From contig OY986947.1 of NCBI GenBank assembly GCA_963920595.1, forward strand, positions 558,001 through 622,000: a stretch of 64,000 bases of DNA. The letters run 5' to 3'. This DNA is from Eimeria praecox (lineage: Eukaryota). A program made the translations under genes and the position numbers. Positions 45,201 through 56,624 of this stretch are shown here, in pieces; position 1 is the stretch's first letter, and each line of letters starts with the position of its first letter. The notes beneath the pieces were generated by a model that was not told the origin of the DNA, ran no database searches, and saw only the letters and a program-made list of their open reading frames with translations.

Positions 45201-48200
45201 ACATCGCTCTCTTCTCCCTCTGCCTATAGCATGAAGCAACTGCAGAACCAAGCTTTGTCACAGCAGCATACACACCCGCAATGCACAGCAGTCTCATATT
45301 CACAGATAATCCTCTAAAACGCACAGTAATCTCATTTTCACCGCACAAGCACACCCCGCAATGGACTATGGGGTACTCGACCAGTTCAGCCTGTGCATCT
45401 TCTTACGGCCTGCACCGTCCTCAATGCCACAACCTAGCCATATGAGAATGAAGCAACTGCACTATAGTCACCCCATGGCAACACCACACATCTCCAGGAA
45501 TACAATCACAAGCTCGAAACAGCATGTACTCCTCTTCAACCTCAATGCAGAAACGAAGATCACCACCGTTATGGTGAACTACACAGTCTTCATTGCAGGT
45601 GGGCCATGCTTGCTTGGGCCTCGCTGCCCGTGGAAAGCAAACCGCAAAAGCTGGAAGCATAGTTATGGCTTCTGATACTGAGAGATGCACGCCACTACAC
45701 CCCAATACACCCACACTGTCAACTGATAAGCTACTCGCCATGATACGTCTAGGAGTGCACAATTCAATGGCCTTTAACTGCAAGCCGCAACAAATAACCG
45801 CTGAGCAACTCTCTCCTGCTCTACTAGCCGATGCTACTCTTGAGGATATGCCCCAAGTTGTAGCCATCTCAGACTCGCATGTTAGCAAATGCCTCACAAA
45901 GAATGGCACGCGGGGCACAAAGACAGACCATTAGAATGCTGGTTCAGCAGAGCCAAAGACTGGTGTAGGTTGCTGTTCTGTCTGGACGAGCCAACAAAAC
46001 ATAGGGTGCTTGCTGGTACAAAGGCAGTGCATTCGCCGTGTTCCGCGACTGGAACGCCGCAGCTACGAGCACCGCACCTCATGGTACAGGATCTCGAACA
46101 TCCAAGTGGCACGCCGCCTTGACACCTACCGTCCACCAGGATGTTGAACACCTTCCTTCACCAAGGGTGTTATTCACTTCATTGGCACACCGGGTACCTT
46201 TTGGGCACGGTAAATGCACCGGGTTACGCTTGCATGCTGTTGGGAAGTGGCGCACGCTCTGAATCATCGCAGCAGCTGCTGCCGAAAAGCAGCTACATGG
46301 TATTCAACGCTGCCGGCACCGCCGGCTAACACGGAGAGTCTGCTGTACGGTGTTCTACCAACGTCACTTTGTCAACTAAGCTGTCGCAACAGTGAGTAGC
46401 AGTTAGCACATGCGCATGCGCTAAGTAATGGTAAGTTCACCCAAATATTGTGCTCGCGCCAGTGCGCCCTGCGGCAACCGGCTGAGAAGGGATAACGCCA
46501 ACTCTGCCGCTTATCTCGTAGAACTCCGGTATTGAACGCTTTGCAAAACGCATGCCCTGCCGTATTCGCGGAAGCATACACCCGTCACGACTTGTGGTGT
46601 GGCCGCCACAGCTGGCCTTCAACGCCGTAGCAACTGGTAGACAAACTGGGCATCAATGCTCTGGCTAGCCAACGAATGCTGCTGTGTTTGCGTGGAATCA
46701 CAGCGTACTGTCTGGAAGCAGGTTAACCTCATGCCACCTAGCGCATGTCGGCCACTTGTCGAGTGTAACCTGTACATGCAAGAGGCGCAGAGAAGTCTTA
46801 CGCGAGCACTGGCCGCCTGCGCCATTTAAGGGCATGTAACGTATTACCCCCAAGAAAGGTCAGTAGGCAAAAACCAGCAAAAGCATACAAGGCCGAATTG
46901 GACTCGGATACCCAGATTTCAGAGGCGCGTGCGCAATAATAACAAGCAACCGCCCGCTTCTCCCTGGCACACACAAACATCAACAACCTCATTAACGCAT
47001 ATCTTCGCATGCTGGCTGTTGCGCGCAGCATATGAGGGCTTCCCATCCCTGCTTAGCGCCACTTTACGCTTCCGTAACTAGCGTCCGACACCAGCGAAAT
47101 GCTTGTCGCGTTCCTGTCGAAGACAATTACAGGAAAGCTCTGCAGTCTGAATATTCTGCTCAAACCCCACTTCGCAACAAAACACCGAAGCCATATACTC
47201 CCCTCTCAGACTGTGCAAATCGCGCTTGCGTATGGCACCTACTATCGCACGCCGCTCAGGCTTGGGCTCGGGCTATCTCTACTACTAGCAGAGGCCGCAC
47301 TGTGCACGTAAAGTTGCACTTTGGCCTCTCCCTTCTCATCCTGGAGCGTCTCATACTGCTAGCAGCATAACTAATACGAAATCGAATAAAGCTAACACGG
47401 CACGAAACGATCTCCCCCGTCTCGCACTCCGCCTTACACCTCGCATTCAACGCTAGTCAGCAGGCACACACGACTCTACTGCTCCGGTTACCAAACAAAC
47501 AATACCATGCTTGCTTCCTATGGTGATTGTATTTAAGCATTCTGGTGTCTTACCTCCTGCGCACACGAGGGAAGTTGCAAAGACATCTTGCCCGTGGTTG
47601 GCGCATCCATACGCCAACCAAGATCCGTATCAAGCCAGCACTCAAACTGCAGGCAAAAGACCCAAATATAGCCAACCCACTCATTCCGGCGCCATGTTGC
47701 GAAAACAAGTGGTAGTCCCATGTGGACAAGAACAATAACGCTTGGCGTGCTGCAGGCGGAAACGCCAAAGAACGAGCAGTTCAAAAGCATCAACGTTGCC
47801 TCTCAAAAGGATAAGCTGCTGCTAGGGCATCAAGTCTTTCACTTCCAAGGCGCATGCTGACAAAATGCCAAGCGACCGCGTAAGTGGAAGTGCTTGCGAG
47901 GCTGTGGTGCGTTCACAACGGACAAAGCAAAACAAAAAGGTGTACGCCCAACTGAACGTGACAACAGCCTGTGGCTGTTGCGTGGAATCGACGCTGAGCA
48001 GCAGTTTGATGGAAGTCTAAGCACAGCTGCAGAGCAAAGCTGATCTAGTAGAGATGGTCGATTCTATCGACGAATGACTAATAGGGATGAGCGATCCCAC
48101 TCTCCAGTTTCTGTCAATGCTCCATTATTCCGACTTGTCGCGCACTTTCTGAAGCACGGAGTGAACGGCGTGATACAAGCCGCAATGCGCCCTGATCATG

Positions 48201-51200
48201 CGTTGGTTATCTTTGAGCTGAACGTAATGCTAGTTGATCCTGGGCGCCAGCCGTCTGCTGTCACGTTGTTTCACAAAGTAGCCAACACCATCGATGATCC
48301 GAACCAGCTTGTGTGGAGGGCGTTAGCGTGCCCATACAGACATCCCCACATGCCAAACCGTAATGCTTTACCTTTTGCGCATAGTTCCATACTGTGGCAC
48401 AAGAGCTCAGCGACGAACCTCTCAGTGCACTAGCAATCCTTCTGCAGGTGCAGGACAGGCGGAGAGTCTAGCCTTGGTCACACCGCAGTCGTCCGTTGCC
48501 ACAGCCTCGGCGATGCAATCGCGCAAACTACAGCACGGCTCAAATTCATAAAGTCAACAAGTGGCACAAGCCGTCACAGACCAGAATGACTTTCAAGTAA
48601 ACAGTTGCATATGCGTTTAGAAACAGTTGAATATGCAGTTTCAAACTCATTCGCAACAGAACCTATGAAGTTCCTGGGAGGCTACATCCAACACGCGTTG
48701 ACACTGTAGCGCATTTACGCGGGCATTGCTCACAATCTAGTGCAAACCGCATTCAGCGTCGCGTCGAACAGGAATGAAGATGCTCGCAGCTGTAATATTG
48801 CGGAAAACGTTTCTCAGCTGCATGCAACCGAGACACTCCGTCATACCGTTATCTGCACCTCTTTTCATCCATGCTCACATTTGCAGCACAGCACGTCAAA
48901 ACAACAAGAGCTGATCTGCCCCACGCGGCTAAGGGTGCTTACGCCTTCTGCCGCCAACAAGCATGTGATTTTCTTGCTGCAGCTGCCGTGTGACTGGGCC
49001 GCGATCCTGACGCACCCGCTGTGGCAACAGAGAGTTTGTGAAGTAAACAGCTTGGCGTGTGTGGAGGGCTGCTGCGCACTTCCCACTGAGATGTAGCTTG
49101 AACCAATTTAAACCCCATCTTCGTCCACGTCTGTAGTGCGGCTGACCACACAAAGCCAACTCCACTATACTCCTAACACCACACAGGTCCACAGAACAGC
49201 CCCACATCGCTCTCTTCTCCCTCTGCCTATAGCATGAAGCAACTGCAGAACCAAGCTTTGTCACAGCAGCATACACACCCGCAATGCACAGCAGTCTCAT
49301 ATTCACAGATAATCCTCTAAAACGCACAGTAATCTCATTTTCACCGCACAAGCACACCCCGCAATGGACTATGGGGTACTCGACCAGTTCAGCCTGTGCA
49401 TCTTCTTACGGCCTGCACCGTCCTCAATGCCACAACCTAGCCATATGAGAATGAAGCAACTGCACTATAGTCACCCCATGGCAACACCACACATCTCCAG
49501 GAATACAATCACAAGCTCGAAACAGCATGTACTCCTCTTCAACCTCAATGCAGAAACGAAGATCACCACCGTTATGGTGAACTACACAGTCTTCATTGCA
49601 GGTGGGCCATGCTTGCTTGGGCCTTGCTGCCCGTGGAAAGCAAACCGCAAAAGCTGGAAGCATAGTTATGGCTTCTGATACTGAGAGATGCACGCCACTA
49701 CACCCCAATACACCCACACTGTCAACTGATAAGCTACTCGCCATGATACGTCTAGGAGTGCACAATTCAATGGCCTTTAACTGCAAGCCGCAACAAATAA
49801 CCGCTGAGCAAATCTCTCCTGCTCTACTAGCCGATGCTACTCTTGAGGATATGCGCCAAGTTGTAGCCATCTCAGACTCGCATGTTAGCAAATGCCTCAC
49901 AAAGAATGGCACGCGGGGCACAAAGACAGACCATTAGAATGCTGGTTCAGCAGAGCCAAAGACTGGTGTAGGTTGCTGTTCTGTCTGGACGAGCCAACAA
50001 AACATAGGGTGCTTGCTGGTACAAAGGCAGTGCATTCGCCGTGTTCCGCGACTGGAACGCCGCAGCTACGAGCACCGCACCTCATGGTACAGGATCTCGA
50101 ACATCCAAGTGGCACGCCGCCTTGACACCTACCGTCCACCAGGGTGTTGAACACCTTCCTTCACCAAGGGTGTTATTCACTTCATTGGCACACCGGGTAC
50201 CTTTTTGGCACGGTAAATGCACCGGGTTACGCTTGCACGCTGTTGGGAAGTGGCGCACGTTCTGAACCGTTTCACGCCCTGCTCTTTACACGCCTACACG
50301 GCCTTCACAGGTGCCGGCACCGCCGGCTAACACGGAGAGTCTGCTGTACGGTGTTCTACCAACGTCACTTTGTCAACTAAGCTGTCGCAACAGTGAGTAG
50401 CAGTTAGCACATGCGCATGCGCTAAGTAATGGTAAGTTCACCCAAATATTGTGCTCGCGCCAGTGCGCCCTGCGGCAACCGGCTGAGAAGGGATAACGCC
50501 AACTCTGCCGCTTCTCTCGTAGAACTCCGGTATTGAACGCTTTGCAAAACACATGCCCTGCCGTATTCGCGGAAGCATACACCCGTCGCGACTTGTGGTG
50601 TGGCCGCCACAGCTGGCCTTCAACGCCATAGCAACTGGTAGACAAAATAGGCATCAATGCTCTGGCTAGCCAACGAATGCTGCTGCGTTTGCGTGGAAGC
50701 ACAACGTACTGTCTGGAAGCAGGTTAACCTCATGCCACCTAGCGCATGTCGGCCACTTGTCGAGTGTAACCTGTAAGCGCAAGAGGCGCAGAGAAGTCTT
50801 ACGCGATCACTGGCCGCCTGCGCCATTTAAGGGCATGTAACGTATTACCCCCAAGAAAGGTCAGTAGGCAAAAACCAGCAAAAGCATACAAGGCCGAATT
50901 GGACTCGGATACCCAGATTTCAGAGGCGCGTGCGCAATAATAACATGCAACCGCCCGCTTCTCCCTGGCACACACAAGCATCAACAACCTCATTAACGCA
51001 TATCTTCGCATGCTGGCTGTTGCGCGCAGCATATGAGGGCTCCCCATCCCTGTTTAGCGCCACTTTACGCTTCCGTAACTAGCGTCCGACACCAGCGAAT
51101 TGCTTGTTGCGTTCCTGTCGAAGACAATTACAGGAAAGCTCTGCAGTCTGAATGTTTTGCTCAGACCCCACTTCGTAAGAAAACACCGAAGCCATATACC

Positions 51201-51575
51201 CCCCTCTCAGACTGTGCAAATCGCGTTTGCATATGGCACCTACTATCGCATGCTGCTCAGGCTTGGGCTCGGGCTATCTCTACTACTAGCAGAGGCCGCA
51301 CTGTGCACGTAAAGTTGCACTTTGGTCTCTCCCTTCTCATCCTGGAGCGTCTCATACTGCTAGCAGCATAACTAATACGAAATCGAGTAAAGCTAACACG
51401 GCACGAAACGATCTCCCCCGTCTCGCACTCCGCCTTACACCTCGCATTCAACGCTAGCCAGCAGGCACGCACGACTCTACTGCTCCGGTTACCAAACAAA
51501 CAATACCATGCTTGCTTCCTATGGTGATTGTATTTAAGCATTCTGGTGTCTTACCTCCTGCGCACACGAGGGAAG
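33220..51575. repeat. Tandem macrosatellite array B, ~4.0 kb unit, ~4.6 copies (units start at 33220, 37221, 41205, 45204, 49207)
   Basis: ORF MDYGVLDQ recurs at 33377, 37378, 41362, 45361, 49364 (periods 4001, 3984, 3999, 4003). Near-identity starts at TCGCTCTCTTCTCCC (33220) and ends after GCACACGAGGGAAG (~51575). Confidence 0.98.
38505..39235. other. Divergent paralogous tract replacing the normal sequence in unit 2 of array B
   Basis: Colinear with, but much more divergent than, the equivalent 34505-35250 and 42490-43235. Shared anchors include CACAGCTGGCC, CTGGCTAGCCAACG, AACGTATT and TTCAGAGG. Net length is ~15 bp shorter, and the flanks are near-identical to the other units. Confidence 0.9.
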
Positions 51576-52149
51576 ACGCAATGGCAGCTTCCCCATGGAG
51601 AGCGCATACTACGTGCCCAAAGTAGTAAAGTAAGATTCAATAACTAGCCAAGCATTATCGCGCCCTTAGCCAGTTACCAAGGCACTCCACTTCGGCCTCC
51701 CCGCACATGCATATCCACCAATATCCCTCTCAAGTCAGCACTCAAACTGCAGGCGAAATACCCAAATATAGTCAACTCACCTATTGCGACGCCATGCTGC
51801 GGGAGCAGTTGCAGCCCCATCTGCACAAGAACAGTAACGCTTGGCGTAGTGTAGGTAAGAACAGCCACACAACGAGCAATCCCAAAACATCCGCACCGCC
51901 TTCTTAAATGATGAGTTGCCGATAGGGTACGAGGGGTTCCGCTTCCAAGGAGCGTGCCAACAAAATGTCAGGAGAAGGGATGTGTGAGATCGTGTACGAG
52001 GCCGCGATGTACTCACAGAAAGCAAGCCAGCAAGGTGTACGCCCAGCTGAACATCCCCCAACTATATGATGTTGCATGGAAACAACGCTACGCAGGAACA
52101 CGCTGAAAATCAAGCAGATCGGCAGAAAGTAATTGATCCGCTTGAGGCG

Positions 52150-53770
52150 TTCGATTCTATTGATGAATGTGCTAGGGGGATCAGCGATTCCAAGCTTCAA
52201 CTGCTGCAAGTGCCCCAGAATTTAGGCTATCCGCGCACCTTCTGAGATACGGAGTGAGCGGCATGACTCAAGCCACGATGTGCACTAGTCCTGCGGGAGG
52301 GGCCTTCGTGTTGATCTTGATATCCCCTCGTGGGCTGTCCCATTGTTCCGCGGAGCAGCCAGTACCATCGATGATGCACAAACGCTTGTCTAACAGTCCT
52401 CAGTGTGCATATACAGGCATACTGTTAATGCCCAAGCTCCATTAATGGGGCGTGTGTAGGGCTGCACTACGGCACAAACGCTCAACAACGAACCTCTTAA
52501 ATGCAGTGGCAAAGTTCCCACAAAAAAGGTGCAGGCAGAGGATCTGTTCGTTGGGAAGGCGCGTTTCGGACAGCCAGTCGTACCTGCAAATATGCGATGG
52601 CAATCACCGCCGTCAGGTTCTAATCTCTGTCAGTTCCTCGTAATTCCAACTATCAGCGCACTTCGTGAACCATGGAATACTTGTCGTGATGCAGGTCGTT
52701 ATCTGCACTACTCTTGCGTTGCTGACCTTTGTACTAATGCTGGCCTCCAGGTGTCGGCTGCGTTATAGTTTCACAGAGCAGCCAACACGACTGACGTTGC
52801 AAACAAGCTTGCCTAGTGAGCCTTGGCGTGCACATACGCACATACCCCCAAACTCTGTGATTTGCATGATGTGGCCAGCTCTACGCTACGATGCAAATGC
52901 TTAACCACAAACTTCTTCAATGCAAGGGCAAGTTTATCTGAGGAATTATGAAGATGAAGACCCCAACTCTTTGACAACCCGAATTTTAAACAGTCGATCA
53001 TTCGTACAAATGTGTCATGGCGATCAACTTTTGCAAGCCTTCTGTGTCGGACAATTCCAGCTCTAAGCTCACTGTCTGCACCACAAAGTGAATGGCCCGG
53101 CACAAAGCGTGATGTGGACTGTTGTCCACGGTTTGTGTGGCGTCTATTTGTCCTTTGCATGATCATCGAGGCATTTCGACGCCTTCAAATTCAGTGCTTC
53201 ATCTGGGATGCCTAGCTCTACACTACAACACAAACGCTCAACAACGAAGTTGTCCATATTTTCCAGAGGGCCACTGTAGAGGAAGACACTTGAGCCAGTC
53301 GATCGCACGCAAGCAGGCATGATGGGGATCAGCGCTTGCACCCTTCAATTTTGGTGTCTCATTACTCTCTCTATGCGCATACTTCCTGTGTTACAGAGCA
53401 AACGGCTGTATACACGCTAAGATGTGCATTATTCTTGCGTTGTTGGCCTTCATCCTGATAGTGACCGCCACTCGCCGGCCGCCACGCTGTTCGACCGAGC
53501 AGCCAATGCAATCATTGCTCCGAACAAGCTTGTCTAGCGTGCCTTGTAGTGCGCATAGAGGCATTCCGACACGTCCAAACTCAGCAAACAACCCAGCATG
53601 GCTAGCGCTACGGTGCGATACCAAATACGTTGGTCGGCGCAGTGGCAAGCGTCCCAAAACAGCAGTGCAGTTGGATATACGTATTCTTGACAACCCGCAT
53701 TGAAGGCATTCAATCTTATATAAGGGTACACAGTGGGAATCAGAGCTTGCATGCTTCCATCTCCGTCAGT
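52150..53770. repeat. Ancient degenerate ~0.41-kb tandem modules (about 4-5 copies) in the single-copy flank
   Basis: Anchors resembling GGATCAGCGCTTG recur at ~52178, 52600, 53020, 53326 and 53735. Anchors resembling GAGCAGCCAA..AACAAGCTTGTCTAG recur at ~52353, 52776 and 53497. The same module is seen in array B at ~36290. Confidence 0.75.
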
Positions 53771-55813
53771 ATTGCATAATTCCACCTATCTGTGCACTTA
53801 CTGCACCACGGAATAAACGAAGCCACGCTGACTGTGATGCGCAATATTCATGCATTGTAGGCCTATTTGCTGATGCTGCTCACCACGCGTCAGCCGCCAA
53901 TGGTGTTAATACCAGTTGCATGATTCAACGCTCAGGGCTCAAGCGCACTGGAGAGCATGTATATGGCAGTACGCGTTGCATGAGGCAGTCATCCACGGCA
54001 GTGTGCGCACGCCTCGGGGTTCCTACAAGCTGTCGCACCATTATCCGCAAGCAGCGTTTTCAGGAATGCTACTCTGCAATACGAGCGCCTGACACATTTC
54101 TACCTGCTGCATGAACTTCACGCTAAGCCTGATGGAGAGCAAACAAGTCAGCTTGAAAAGCTACTGCGATTTTGAAGGTCCTCCACTGTACTTTTCTGGC
54201 GTGACGCGCGAAGCAAGCACTGCATTCGTTGATAGCCTGCTCCTCCAGCAGCGTACACAATTTGGGTCCAGTGAAGTGGCAAAATCGAGGCCGCTGCAAA
54301 CGCCATGATGGGCCTGCTTCTAGCAGACCTCGGTCATTTTCAACTCAGTAGCCCCCGTTTTGCACAGCAACCTTTGTCCAAGTCCAATAGCGTTCTTAAA
54401 TTGGGAATCGCTAGTCTATATAACGAAGAAATTGTTAGACAGCATCGAGTGATGTGCTGATTTTTCTTTGGTAGCCTGATACGTCCCGGTTTCCATTTCC
54501 TTTGAAACAGGTTTTGGGTCCAGTGAAGGCATATTTGGCTTCTAGGCTCAGCATGCACGAGGAACCGTCGGCACGCTGGCGGCCTTCCTTCAGCAACCAG
54601 TAGCTTTGGTGGTGGCGGGCTTGGCAGAGCGCGTGAAAAGTGTGCGGGACACCCTAAGGCGCAGCAGTATGCGAAGAGCGAAACTATCCACCGCCCATGG
54701 CATTAATGTTTGGTGAGAAGGAAGCCCCTCACCGCGCCTCCGGCTCCCTATTTTCGACGCGGTGGGCATGCAGCGAACGAAGCAGAGACCCAGGCAAGCG
54801 CACGGACACTACTGCATGCAGCATTAAGGCAACCACGCAGCAAAACAAGCGAGCTGCATGCAGCGCACGCATACCGTCGAAGGGTCAATAGGACAGAATC
54901 TGGTGGATGCGCTTCTGTCCATAGGCACTACCGCCCAGTTTCAAATCCCAGCTGATCCAGTATAGCTCACTAAAATGGCAGCATTTAGAAGCCACAATGG
55001 ATACAGCGCCTCCAAAGCTGTTGCCGCGCACGACTCTTGGCGGAATTGGAATGCTAATTGTAGCTTTGCTATGCGCCACAATTTGGCGCCTCGTTGCACG
55101 TTTAGCAATCATTTTAGCCACCAGCAAGCACAACGTAATAGCCCCTAAAAAACGCAAAAAGCGGGTTCAGCTGGAGCATCGACCTACCGGCTGCACTTAG
55201 TAAATGTTTGTGCATGCGACTCAAATCAGGAGGGATAGTCGGATATGGCGAATCCCCTTCAAGTCCACGAAAATCCAAGCTTGCGTTCACATCCACCAGT
55301 ACAGGCCTACTCACGCACAAATACTGGAGCGGTCCGGTAGAAATTCATAGCCTCTACCGCTGTAGTGTGGCTGGTTAGCTGCCAGCACACAGAATTGGCA
55401 TTTCCCGTCTGTTGGACGCCTTCAGTACAATCGATGCATTCGCCATTACTCGGCAATCATCATTTCCAGCGAAACATATGCTCGTTCACACTGCTGACAC
55501 AGTTGTTCTTTAAAGAAAACCGTTGCGGCGCGAGCAGCAGCCTTCCGTTACATTCCGGTTGTACAGACTATTGGAAAGCGGAATCAACCGCAGTTTCATC
55601 ATTGTTTCGCTGCCGCCGCCCGATGCAGACTCAGCACTAGATTGAGCACTGTGGCGTATTGCCAAAGTTTGTTGCCATCGATTCCACCATCAGGAAGTAG
55701 CACCGAGCGCTTTGAGAACGCTCACATAGTTGAACGAGAGGGACCGGCCATGCACGTTTACACAATAGAGGCAGCAAGCAATCAGTATCAGTGATTCATT
55801 AGAGTCGAGCAGC

Positions 55814-55936
55814 CCATTCCCGTCCCACCCAGCAGGCACGTAGTTCTCAAAGGCTGTGCAAGCTTCCCGCTATGCCATTCCCTTCCCACCCAGCAGGCAC
55901 GTAGTTCTCAAAGGCTGTGCAAGCTTCCCGCTATGC
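55814..55936. repeat. 61-bp direct tandem duplication (2 copies, 1 mismatch)
   Basis: CCATTCCC[G/T]TCCCACCCAGCAGGCACGTAGTTCTCAAAGGCTGTGCAAGCTTCCCGCTATG at 55814 and 55875. Confidence 0.97.
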
Positions 55937-56624
55937 TAGAAATTCTTCACTACAGCATGCTCCCATGTTCATGTTTGTGCTGCCTAAAACTCTCCGTAGC
56001 GTTTACTTTGATATAATGCATGCTAATCAGTCAATGCAAACCACTAGACTGGCTCTAATGCCCCCAAACTGGGGCGTCAACCAGCCAAATATGGCATAAA
56101 CGAGTTCCCCTTAGCTCCTTATCTCGCAAAAGGTGCATGCGATATCGAAGTGCACTCCTGCATTCCGCGTTCTGGCATCAGGCTAAGTAACCCACAAGTG
56201 GGGTGCTCGCTAGGTGCACTACACACTCTTGACGCTTGGTACGCAGCATGCATGCCAATATGGGTGCATAAACAAAGCGTACACTGAGATCGCCACCGCA
56301 TGCAGAGGGATGCATCTGCATGCCACTTATACAGCACATTAAAGCTATGTGTGAAACAATCCAACGCGGTCCTGCGTGGTAACTAGCTGCCGGAGGAGTT
56401 TTAGAAGTTGGAATAGCCTGTCGTTGAAACGTATGTATGAAGCACACAATGAAGTGCACCGCTTAACCTAAGAAGACATGAAAATACTGACACGTTGGCA
56501 GCAAACAAGCTGCATAAATCCCCTCTGTCAGAGTCAGCACCTGAGCTCGGGACCCTAATTCAACCTATAACTACTTTCGCAGCCACACGCACCACAATAG
56601 CCACCAATCATAGCATAATATACA

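Larger units (their letters stand above)
1..54872 (-). pseudogene. Heavily decayed multi-Apple/PAN-domain secreted adhesin locus (TgMIC4/EtMIC5-like), one giant gene or a tandem cluster; includes both arrays; left end undefined
   Basis: Minus strand: ATG at 54872 followed by MRALHAARLFCCVVALMLHAVVS. In the same frame come ALCQA..SYW, FTGPKTC (54527) and FTGPKLC exactly 252 bp later. Array B gives ARSCGVPVAEHGECTAFVPASTLCF (~34090-34010), PKQAWPTCNEDCVVHHNGGDL (~33640-33570), AQYLGELT (~34470-34445) and CSFFGVSACSTPSV (~35790). The spacer gives CYKDCRGYECLKFPVY..IGP (~32740-32610) and TITVGP (~31950). Array A gives LSCMLHGIG, CPGELIAL/SDCSTC, TCVHAGSID..RNFTSS..LGPVAVKC, GAGFSTISSRDGD (2323-2364), GGCVPFSWD (~1415-1444) and GSCFEY (1309-1326). 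Many stops, frameshifts and lost cysteines. Confidence 0.7.

Noticed and set aside
318..51575. The many repeated 60-194 aa ORFs as functional genes
   Set aside because: They overlap in all frames, many rely on non-ATG starts, they are broken or fused differently between copies, and they recur only because the DNA is duplicated.
318..51575. rRNA, 5S, snRNA, tRNA or histone gene arrays
   Set aside because: No recognisable conserved RNA or histone motif was found in either unit by eye; an Infernal/tRNAscan run would be definitive.
318..51575. Arrays as assembly artefacts or CRISPR-like arrays
   Set aside because: Copies carry diagnostic, phased SNPs and indels with diverged in-register flanks, and there is no short repeat-spacer structure. 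Read depth is still needed to confirm copy number.
53500..53670. Plus-strand AHRGI..WLALRCDTKYV resembling an integrase HHCC finger
   Set aside because: The spacing is off, the cysteines are absent, and the segment is one of several tandem modules better explained on the minus strand.
54885..55157. Minus-strand ORF with hydrophobic start (LRFLGAITLCLLVA)
   Set aside because: Starts at TTG rather than ATG and has no recognisable domain; at most a degraded leader.
55540..55640. CTDYWKA resembling the Eimeria SAG motif VDYWKAA
   Set aside because: Isolated short match without the other SAG motifs or exon structure.
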